A stretch of 64,000 bases of DNA from Alphaproteobacteria bacterium (GTDB lineage Bacteria; Pseudomonadota; Alphaproteobacteria; JAAXGF01). The notes beneath the pieces are model-generated. The model searched no databases. It was not told the origin of the DNA and saw nothing but the letters and a program-made list of their open reading frames with translations. Below, in pieces: positions 56,115 through 64,000 of this stretch; within the stretch, counting starts at the first letter, position 1; every line of letters begins with the position of its first letter. The DNA lies in the NCBI GenBank assembly GCA_963555825.3, contig CAUVXB020000002.1, positions 3,200,001 to 3,264,000 of the forward strand. The letters run 5' to 3'. Both the position numbers and the translations under genes were made by a program.

Positions 56115-57409
56115 TCCGGACTGATCCAGTGCGGCACGCGGGGCCTGCCGATGGAGCTTGCCGTGGCCGTTTTGGCCGGGCAATCGTTCATCAGCGCCTC
56201 GATCCGATCCGCGATGCGCTGAGCCGGTTCCCGCAGTTGCCCGATGGTCCAGTCGGCAGCGTAGCCCTCGGTGACGTCGTTGGGCCGGGCGTGGTTGACA
56301 AGCCGTTTGGTCAAGGACAGCGGCAGCAGCAGGTCGCGCTCGGCGACGGTAATGAAACAATTCCGCAGTGCGTGGTACCAGAACTTCGTGCCGCCCGCCG
56401 TTCCGATTCGCGCATAGAATTGACTGAGGTCAGAGATGTGGCCTGCTCTGGCTGAGGACGGGAACACCCAGCCGCGAAGATCGCCCGGTAGCGTTTCGCT
56501 CTCCCGGTTGCGGCGTTCGAGGATGGCCGCCAGTTGCCGGGTGATGGGCAGTTCCAGGGGCTCACCGGTCTTGGTCTCCTCGACCCGGAAGACAAGCCCC
56601 GCCATGTCCACTCGTTCCCACTGCAGGGACAGCACCTCGTTGAGGCGCATTCCCGTATAGAGCCCAAACCAGAATGCATCCCGGACCTTCGGCGTCGCCA
56701 CCACCGCTTCGATGCCCGCCCGCCAGCGCGGCAGCACCTCAGCGGGTGCGGAGATCTTGCGCCGCTTCGGGCGATGATACTTGCCGCCTCCGGCGCGCCA
56801 CAGGTCGACCGGGTTGCGCAGGCCCTCGAAATCGACGCAGGGCCGGCGGTATATCGAACCCAGGAGCGATATTCCCCGGTTGGCGCAGGCCCAGCCGTGA
56901 TCTTCCGTGAGGCGGCTGAAACGATCCTCCACGTCCCGCCGGGTGATGCTGTCAAGGGGACGCAGTTGCCAGCCGCCGAGATAGCGGGCGAACTGTTCAA
57001 GGTACAGTTTTTCGGTGCCCGCCGCCCGGTTGGGATTACCCGCCATGTAATCGGTGAAGGCCTGCTTGAGAAGAGGCATGCCGCGCACCTCGGCACGCTC
57101 GCCTGCCGGGTCGGCGCCACCAGCGACCTTGCCCAGTGCCTGATGGGCGAGACGCCTCGCCTGCTCGGGAGACATCCTGCCAAAGCGGCCAAGAACGACA
57201 CGCTTGTTGGATGCCTTTCTGCCACCGTTGCCGGTGCGGTAGTTGACGAAGAAGGATTTGATGCCGGAGGGATGCACCTGGATGCCGAAGCCGGTCAATT
57301 TGTCATCCCAGGCGATCCAGGGTTTATCCGCGGGCTCCATCGCCTCGACAGCGCGTTTGGTCAAGGTCAGCTTGTTCAGCGCGACACGTTTACCGGTATG
57401 TTTTGGCAT
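56111..57409 (-). CDS. Tyrosine integrase with arm-binding domain (A1), close paralog of A2
   Basis: WDDKLTGFGIQV, TGMRLNE, KT, HALR, VNH, TEGY. Confidence 0.9.
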   Translation of the reverse strand: MPKHTGKRVALNKLTLTKRAVEAMEPADKPWIAWDDKLTGFGIQVHPSGIKSFFVNYRTGNGGRKASNKRVVLGRFGRMSPEQARRLAHQALGKVAGGADPAGERAEVRGMPLLKQAFTDYMAGNPNRAAGTEKLYLEQFARYLGGWQLRPLDSITRRDVEDRFSRLTEDHGWACANRGISLLGSIYRRPCVDFEGLRNPVDLWRAGGGKYHRPKRRKISAPAEVLPRWRAGIEAVVATPKVRDAFWFGLYTGMRLNEVLSLQWERVDMAGLVFRVEETKTGEPLELPITRQLAAILERRNRESETLPGDLRGWVFPSSARAGHISDLSQFYARIGTAGGTKFWYHALRNCFITVAERDLLLPLSLTKRLVNHARPNDVTEGYAADWTIGQLREPAQRIADRIEALMNDCPAKTATASSIGRPRVPHWISPE

Positions 57410-57440
57410 CCTCCGATTATGGCTAGCGCGGGTATATTGT

Positions 57441-57590
57441 CAACACTCAAACCAACACAAGAAAGTAAACTACAGGCGCTTCCTGACATCCCATGACGGT
57501 TAAAGAGGCTATATGCTATTCCATAACACATTGAAAAGTACCTATAATGTCATGTTCTGATAACCCCTGACATCTCCTGTCAACGTTTGC
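57441..57590. promoter_or_regulatory. att-arm-like region upstream of integrase A1
   Basis: CAACAC direct repeats (57441, 57453), CCTGACATC twice, IHF-like TAACACATTGAAA. Confidence 0.4.
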
Positions 57591-57672
57591 AGGTGAAACG
57601 AATAACATGATCGACAAGGCACGCAAGATCGGAATCCCCGTCCTTCTCGCCGCCGCATAACGGCACCCTTCA

Positions 57673-57716
57673 GGGTCGGCCCCCGCCATCACACAGCGGA
57701 GGTCGGCCCCTTTTTT
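57673..57716 (+). terminator. Intrinsic terminator after a short gene remnant (57607-57660)
   Basis: Imperfect GC stem followed by T6. Confidence 0.5.
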
Positions 57717-58002
57717 ATGCCGGGTGCATAAAGTCACGGCCCATGGCGGGGCGCTTCGCGCCACCGCCAATTGTGCGAGCTTACGCTCGCTGTCGGCTCC
57801 TCGTTCTTCGAACGATGCATCGCCGCCTCACGGCACGGCGCTTCGCGCCATCGCCGTACGCGGGCGCTGACGCGCCACGCCATCGCCCGGCCATCCCCCA
57901 CTGAAACTTCATTGTTCGCACCCCTCAAACCACGATGACGGACCCGCCGTTCTCCGAACGTCGTATCGCCGCTTCGCGGATCCATATGCGCCTTCATTCC
58001 AG

Positions 58003-58305
58003 TTAGAACGGATCGCTGCCTTCTTCCGACACCATGGCCCTGGCGGCCTCGGCAACCTTCCTTCCCGGCAACACGCCCTTGTCCAGAAACGTCCGCAGAC
58101 TGCGCTCCGTGATATCGATGCCGCCCGATTTCAACACTTCATGCATCTGAGCCACCGTAACCCCCTTGGCCTGTTGCTCGACCAATCGCTTCCGCAAACG
58201 GTCCAGCACATCCGTCAGGCTCAGCTTGGGCGGCACAAGTTTCGCCAATTCGCCATCCATGGCATCGAAGTCGATATCCGCTTCGTTGAAGCGTTTCGCC
58301 GGCAT
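58003..58305 (-). CDS. Small HTH-like protein, possibly a mobilization accessory factor
   Basis: LDRLRKRLVEQQAKGVTVAQMHEVLKSGGIDITERSLRTFL; function is inference. Confidence 0.55.
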   Translation of the reverse strand: MPAKRFNEADIDFDAMDGELAKLVPPKLSLTDVLDRLRKRLVEQQAKGVTVAQMHEVLKSGGIDITERSLRTFLDKGVLPGRKVAEAARAMVSEEGSDPF

Positions 58306-58636
58306 CGTCCATCTCCCCGCTGTTTCCAGAATTCGCAATCAGGCCCGGATTCTGCCATTGGCCCGACAGCCGGTCAATTCCACCCTTCGACCGGTCAATT
58401 ACAAATGTGCCGCCCCGTTCCAAGGCAGGGCCAAATTCCCCTTGATCTCCGATTATGCAGTCTATATCCTCTCGCGAAACGTAACGAGTAATAATAACCT
58501 TCTCACACCTCTGCACAGAATGTGCACAGTAAAATCCAAGCAAAACTAACCATTAAACACCGCTTTTTCTCTAGTTCTTCTCGGGGCATGGACCGAAAAC
58601 CTGCCCCGGGTGCAACTCGAAACCGGAGAAAAAGCC

Positions 58637-59761
58637 ATGCGCAATCTTCCCCTAAACCAGCATCGTGTCGACCATCTAAAGCCACGGAACTCTACCTACG
58701 ATATCCGCGATATCGACCTTAAAGGCTTCGGGGTCAGGATCCTGCCTTCGGGCAAGAAAAGCTACTTCCTGCAAACGCAATACGAAGGCCGGCGCCGCTG
58801 GACGAAGATCGGCGATGCCGACGCAATGCCCGAAGCCGAGGCCCGGTCGCAAGCGCGATCAATGTTGGCGGGTGTCGGGAAAGGGCGGGAGAGTGTCTCC
58901 GCACAGCCGGCAGAGATCGCTTTCGAGGCGGTCGCCGAGGAGGTGTTCGCGTATTACCGGAGGCACTGGAAGCCGCGCACGCTCGCCGTCAACCTGAACT
59001 ACTACGAGAACAATATCCAGCCATGGTTCAAGGGGCGGCCGGTCGCCGGCATTACGCGGCGGGATGTGCTGGAATGGTTCGAGTCCCTTCACGCGAAACC
59101 GGCCTCGGCTAACCGTTCGCTGCCGGTGCTATCGGTCATTCTGCGGCAGGCCGAGGTATACGGATACCGACCGGAGGACAGTAACCCTTGCAAAGGTATC
59201 AAGCGTTACCGCCGCCGCGCGCGGGAACGCTTCCTGTCGCCGGAGGAGATCCGCCGCGTCGTCGAGGTTCTGAACCGGTATGACGAAGCGCGTCCGTTCC
59301 AGGCGGCCGTTATCCGGCTGCTGTTACTGACGGGGTGCCGCAAGGGCGAACTTCTGACCCTTAAATGGCGGGATTACCGGGAAGGCAAGCTCTTCCTTCG
59401 GGATAGCAAGAGCGGGCCACGCACGGTCTGGCTGTCGTCTGCCGCGCGGGAGGTCCTGGACCGGCTGCCGAGGAAAAGCGCATGGGTCTTTCCCTCGCAT
59501 TGGCGGAACTTGGACCATCTCTCGGGAATCACCGATTTCTGGCAGGACGTGCGGACGGAAGCCGGCCTTCGGGATGTCCGGCCGCACGATCTGCGGCACA
59601 CCTACGCCAGCATTGCCCTCATGCATGGCGAAACTGTGCTGACCATAGGCCGGTTGCTGGGGCACGACCATCCGGGAACCACGCTCAAATACACCAACTT
59701 CGCCGATGCGGCGGCCCGTGAGGCGGTCGATGCCGTCTCGTCGGTCCTGCGGAGGGCATGA
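58637..59761 (+). CDS. Tyrosine integrase with arm-binding domain (B1)
   Basis: GFGVRILPSGKKSY, TGCRKGE, DSKSG, HDLRH, LGH, TLKY. Confidence 0.92.
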   Translation: MRNLPLNQHRVDHLKPRNSTYDIRDIDLKGFGVRILPSGKKSYFLQTQYEGRRRWTKIGDADAMPEAEARSQARSMLAGVGKGRESVSAQPAEIAFEAVAEEVFAYYRRHWKPRTLAVNLNYYENNIQPWFKGRPVAGITRRDVLEWFESLHAKPASANRSLPVLSVILRQAEVYGYRPEDSNPCKGIKRYRRRARERFLSPEEIRRVVEVLNRYDEARPFQAAVIRLLLLTGCRKGELLTLKWRDYREGKLFLRDSKSGPRTVWLSSAAREVLDRLPRKSAWVFPSHWRNLDHLSGITDFWQDVRTEAGLRDVRPHDLRHTYASIALMHGETVLTIGRLLGHDHPGTTLKYTNFADAAAREAVDAVSSVLRRA

Positions 59762-59764
59762 GCC

Positions 59765-60940
59765 ATGGCAAGGAGGATCAAGCTGACCGATGCGAGGATC
59801 GGCAAGCTCAGAGCCGGGGATGTCGAATACACGGTTTGGGACACCCGTATCTTGGGGTTCGGGGTCCGGATCAGGCCGACGGGGCACAAGAGCTACGTGT
59901 ATCATCGTTATGCCGAAGGCCAATCCCGGAGGTTCACGCTTGGGCAGGTAGCGCTCGGGAGCGTCGACGAGGCCCGGCGCGACTGCATGGAGGTCTGGGG
60001 AATAATGCAGTCGGGTGGGCGGGCGGAAGGCGCCGACGACGCGCAGGCTCCACTGTTCCGGGACTTTGTCGCGGGGTCGTGGAGAGCGGCGTGTTATGAG
60101 CCCTGTAAACCATCGACAAAGACGTCAAAAGACTGGGCCTTGAACAATCAGCTGCTGCCCGTTTTCGGCGCCATGCCGCTCGACGGGATCGACAGGACAG
60201 GTGTTATCCGATGGTTCGAGGGGTACAGTGCAACAGCACCCGGCGGCGCGAACTCGGCGTTGCTCGTGTTCCGGCAGATCATGAACCATGCAATTTCCCG
60301 GGGACACATCGAGACCAACCCGACCCGGGGCGTAAAGAAGAATCCGCGCCCCAAGCTCACCCGCTTCCTGTCGCGCGAGGAAATCGGCCGTCTCCATGAA
60401 GTGTTGGACGGATACGAACCCAGACGGCCTTCATGCAAGGCACAGGCGGACATCATTCGCCTGCTGTTGCTGACCGGTTGCCGCTCGGGCGAGATGTTGA
60501 AGCTGCGGTGGCGGGAAGTTGAGGACGACACCCTTGAGCTCGAGGACAGCAAGACCGGCCCGAGACAAGTGTTGCTGAGCCCGGAGGCGCGCGCCATTAT
60601 CGAGCAGCAGCCAAGGTCGGGAAGCCCCTGGGTGTTTCCCTCACCGGTGAATCCGGCGCGGGCGCGCGTCGATCTCAGCCTGTGGAAGAGGGTGCGGAAG
60701 CTGGCCGGTATCGAGGATGTGCGCCTTCACGATCTCAGACATACATTTGCCAGTCAGGCGGCGATGCAAGGTATTCCGCTGCCGGTGGTGGCGCGTCTGC
60801 TCGGCCACGCCCAGGTGCAAATGACGCTGCGCTACGCGCACGTCAGCGACCGGGACGTCGAGGCCGCTGCCGAGCGCATCGGCGGGGTGATGGCTGGTAT
60901 CATGGACCGATCGCCAGTTCGGCCGGAGCCCACGCCATGA
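59765..60940 (+). CDS. Tyrosine integrase with arm-binding domain (B2)
   Basis: WDTRILGFGVRIRPTG, TGCRSGE, DSKTG, HDLRH, LGH, TLRY. Confidence 0.92.
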   Translation: MARRIKLTDARIGKLRAGDVEYTVWDTRILGFGVRIRPTGHKSYVYHRYAEGQSRRFTLGQVALGSVDEARRDCMEVWGIMQSGGRAEGADDAQAPLFRDFVAGSWRAACYEPCKPSTKTSKDWALNNQLLPVFGAMPLDGIDRTGVIRWFEGYSATAPGGANSALLVFRQIMNHAISRGHIETNPTRGVKKNPRPKLTRFLSREEIGRLHEVLDGYEPRRPSCKAQADIIRLLLLTGCRSGEMLKLRWREVEDDTLELEDSKTGPRQVLLSPEARAIIEQQPRSGSPWVFPSPVNPARARVDLSLWKRVRKLAGIEDVRLHDLRHTFASQAAMQGIPLPVVARLLGHAQVQMTLRYAHVSDRDVEAAAERIGGVMAGIMDRSPVRPEPTP

Positions 60941-61215
60941 AATTTTCCGTCTGCAATCGACGGCATGGTGTGCGTCTCTGAACCTGGAAGGGATTGGCCG
61001 GCCTGTTTGCATACGGCTGCACGGGTGTCAATGGCGGAGCAAAAAGGGACCACCTCGGCGGTGTAAGAAGGGACCACTTGGCGGCTGCGGGCTTGTCCCC
61101 TAGTCCATGGGAGGGCCCCGCGTGCGACGCGGCGTGCCCTCAACAGGCCGACGCGGCGGCGCGCGCGGGAGGGACCTGTGGGCCCACGGGGTCAAGCGTG
61201 GGTTGGGTGGTCGGT

Positions 61216-61980
61216 TCAGTTCGCCGTCGGGGTTTGACGCCTGCGGCTCTGGTTGAGCCTGTAGCTGTCACCGTTCATCTCGAGGATGTTGACGTGGTGG
61301 GTGAGGCGGTCGAGGAGCGCGCCGGTGAGGCGCTCGGAGCCGAACACCTCGGTCCATTCGTCGAAGGGCAGATTGGTGGTGACCAGGGTCGAGCCCCGCT
61401 CGTAGCGTTGGCTGAACACCTCGAACAACAGCTCGGCGCCGGTCTTCGACAGCGGCACGAAGCCGAGTTCGTCGACGATCAGAAGCTTGTAGGTGGCGAG
61501 CTTCTTCTGGAACCTCAGCAGCTGCTTGTCATCGCGGGCCTCGATGAGTTCGTGGACCAGCGCGGCGGCGGTGATGAAGCCGACCGAGAGGCCCTTCTGG
61601 CAGGCCGCCAGGCCGAGACCGAGGGCGATGTGGGTCTTGCCGGTCCCACTGTTGCCGAGCGCGATGAGGTTCTCGCGGCGCTCGATGTACTCGCAGCGGG
61701 CCAGCTCCAGGACCAGCGCCTTGTTGAGCGAGGGGATGACCTTGAAGTCGAAGCTGTCGAGGCTCTTGACCACGGGGAAGCGCGCCGCCTTGATGCGCCG
61801 CTCGACCATGCGGCGCTCGCGGTCGATCAGCTCGAGCTCGGCGAGTCTCAACAGGTAGCGGACGTGATCGACGCCTTCCGAGGCGCACTGCCGGGCGATC
61901 TTGTCGTACTCGCGCAGGAAGGTCGGCAGCTTCAGCGTCTTGAGGTGGTGGGCGAGCAGCACTTGCGGTGTGTCGGTCAT
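61216..61980 (-). CDS. istB: IS21 helper ATPase
   Basis: Protein identical to copy 1. Confidence 0.95.
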   Translation of the reverse strand: MTDTPQVLLAHHLKTLKLPTFLREYDKIARQCASEGVDHVRYLLRLAELELIDRERRMVERRIKAARFPVVKSLDSFDFKVIPSLNKALVLELARCEYIERRENLIALGNSGTGKTHIALGLGLAACQKGLSVGFITAAALVHELIEARDDKQLLRFQKKLATYKLLIVDELGFVPLSKTGAELLFEVFSQRYERGSTLVTTNLPFDEWTEVFGSERLTGALLDRLTHHVNILEMNGDSYRLNQSRRRQTPTAN

Positions 61981-63476
61981 GCGCCGAGCCCCGACAGCAG
62001 GCTCATGTACGACTTGGCGGACGTCATCGCGACCCGGGCGCGCGGCAGATACGGATAGACGTCGAGGTTGAGCCTGGGCGGCCGCCGCTCGATGCGGCAC
62101 AGTACCAGGTGCTTCACCGCATCAAAGCCGATTGCGCCGAGCCGCAGGGCGTCGCCGACCGCACCCTCGACCTCCTCGAGCCGGAAGGTCTCCAGTAGAC
62201 GGAGCACCTGGACGTACTCGCGCTTGCCTGCCTTGCCCATACGAGCTTCGAGGAGCCGCCGCAGAGTGATGAAGGCCTCGGGCAGGTCCCAGCCCGCCAA
62301 TGGCGCGGCCTGGTCGAGGGCGCCGATCTTCTGCTCGATCAAGGGCAGGTAATGCAGCGGGTCGAAGATCAGGTCCTCGCTGTCGTAGGACCGGCGGTGC
62401 CGGGCGATCACCTCGGCCCCGCAGCTGATCACCACCTCATCGACGTAGCCCCGGATGAGCACCTCACGGTGGCCGTAGGCCACGGGCACGGAATAGTCGT
62501 TGCTGCGGTAACGCACCAGCGACAGCGAACTCGCCCGTCCAGGGCGCTTATCGCAGGCATCATAGGGAGCAGGCGGCAATGGCAAGAGAACTTGACGATC
62601 CCGCTCGAGACGCTCGCCGATGGTCTCCTTGTGGCCCCGCAGCCGCGCCGCCTGGCGCCGGCGGCACTGTTCGGCGAGAGCATCGTTGAGGGCCGCGAAG
62701 CTCTCGGCACGCGGGACGGGGACCAGGAAGTTCCGCCGGATGAAGCCGACCAGTCCCTCGACCTTGCCCTTGTCGTTGCCCTTGCCCGGCCGGCCGAACC
62801 TGTCCTCGAACAGATAGTGGGACTGAAGCTCCGTGAAGACGCGCGTTCGCTGCCGCTTCCCATCGCCCAGGATGCGGGCAACCGCCAGCTTGGTGTTGTC
62901 GTACAGGATGGATCGGGGGACGCCGCCGAAGAAGGCAAACGCCGCGTTGTGGCCATCGCAGAATGCTTCGGTCGTCTCCGCCGGATAGGCCGCAACAAAG
63001 CAACCATCACTGTGGGGAAGGTCGAAGGCAAGGAAGTGGATCTTCCGTAACGCGCCGCCGATCACCGCCATCGCTTCGCCGAAGTCCGCCTGGGCGTGAC
63101 CGGGGGAATGGGAGAGTGGCACGAACACCTCACGCGACCGAAGCCCCTGCTCACGAACGTAGTCCTTCACGATGGTGTAGCCGCCCGTGAAACCGTACTC
63201 GTCCCGGAGGCGGTCGAAGATGCGCTTCGCAGTGTGCCGTTGCTTGCGGTGGCTGGTCCGATCGTCTTCCAAGATCCGATCGATGATTCCCGTGAACGGA
63301 CCCAGCTTTGGCCGCCTCGGCGGCGCGCTTCGGCGATACCCTGGCGGCACCGAGAACGACAGCATCTTACGGACCGTCTTGCGGTCTACACCAAACACCC
63401 GCGAGGCCTCGCGGGTGCTCATCCCCTCGACATGACACGCCCGCCGAACCCGTGCGTACAACTCCACCCGATACAT
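61977..63476 (-). CDS. istA: IS21 transposase
   Basis: Protein identical to copy 1. Confidence 0.95.
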   Translation of the reverse strand: MYRVELYARVRRACHVEGMSTREASRVFGVDRKTVRKMLSFSVPPGYRRSAPPRRPKLGPFTGIIDRILEDDRTSHRKQRHTAKRIFDRLRDEYGFTGGYTIVKDYVREQGLRSREVFVPLSHSPGHAQADFGEAMAVIGGALRKIHFLAFDLPHSDGCFVAAYPAETTEAFCDGHNAAFAFFGGVPRSILYDNTKLAVARILGDGKRQRTRVFTELQSHYLFEDRFGRPGKGNDKGKVEGLVGFIRRNFLVPVPRAESFAALNDALAEQCRRRQAARLRGHKETIGERLERDRQVLLPLPPAPYDACDKRPGRASSLSLVRYRSNDYSVPVAYGHREVLIRGYVDEVVISCGAEVIARHRRSYDSEDLIFDPLHYLPLIEQKIGALDQAAPLAGWDLPEAFITLRRLLEARMGKAGKREYVQVLRLLETFRLEEVEGAVGDALRLGAIGFDAVKHLVLCRIERRPPRLNLDVYPYLPRARVAMTSAKSYMSLLSGLGA

Positions 63477-63594
63477 CCCCCCCGCCTTCCAGTCAGAGCA
63501 ACCCTGACAGAAGGCTATACGCGGTCCCATTTTGGTCCGCCGCAGCCGGATCGACCGGCCGCTTCAGTGGGGGATTATTGCTCTGCCGTTCTCA

Positions 63595-63690
63595 CGAATT
63601 CGTGTCGTTCCACCTTGCCCGGTCGCATGGGCAGGTCGGGGGACACCCTCTCAAGCGTCTGGATGCCGGTCATTTCGTCAATCGATACCC
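63595..63690 (-). pseudogene. IS630-like transposase fragment abutting IS21 copy 2
   Basis: Manual translation VSIDEMTGIQTLERVSPDLPMRPGKVERHEF. Confidence 0.65.
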
Positions 63691-64000
63691 ACATCCCCAC
63701 AGGCTCAACAACAACAGCAGCAGGATGTGATAAACACGATTTTGGCAGCATGATCAGGAACCGGAATACACCTTAACTGCGCTGCCAAGCTGTCCAACAA
63801 TGTGGGACCAGATCAGGTCAGCACTCTCTACATCGCCGAAACGCACAAGCCTGCGTCAGGCCAAAACGGTACGGCACGCGCGTTCAGAGTCTATGTCGGA
63901 TCGCCTTCGCCAAATTCCCAATAGTCGTCAATCGACGGGATTTGCGTTTCCGTATCATCGTGAAATCCGACATCGGCGAAGAGATCATCGAACGAAATAG

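Larger units (their letters stand above)
61026..63594 (-). mobile_element. IS21-family insertion sequence, copy 2 (same orientation as copy 1)
   Basis: Near-identical to 42098-44667; a few SNPs and a 1-bp indel, mostly near the istB-side end. Confidence 0.95.

Noticed and set aside
57607-57660. tmRNA tag peptide (ends LAAA*)
   Set aside because: No ANDN-type resume sequence or tRNA-like domain seen; better explained as a gene remnant

Overview
High-GC alphaproteobacterial DNA (probably Rhodospirillales-like; inferred from gene content) in two halves. Positions 1-30.5 kb are mostly core and metabolic genes: serB, miaA, ilvI-ilvH-ilvC, an amine/acyl-CoA catabolic cluster, cspA, a FecR + TPR/beta-barrel pair, two acyl-CoA dehydrogenases, an SDR and a CBS protein. 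This half also holds an IS3 (truncating an adenylate cyclase), an IS630 and two ~270-bp MITEs sitting in stop codons. From ~30.6 kb to the end is a decayed genomic island. It carries an atypical IS66-like element (very long coiled-coil transposase + DUF4338/DruA-like gene) with an abutted, truncated second copy that runs into a cas-less, leaderless type I-E-like CRISPR array, itself fused in frame to a headless VirD4 gene. It also carries IS256, two IS21 copies, an HTH-SNF2-Mod-Res-(DUF262) defence operon split by a passenger-carrying IS1595, and two divergent tandem pairs of tyrosine integrases. All product calls come from motif recognition by eye; no database searches were run.
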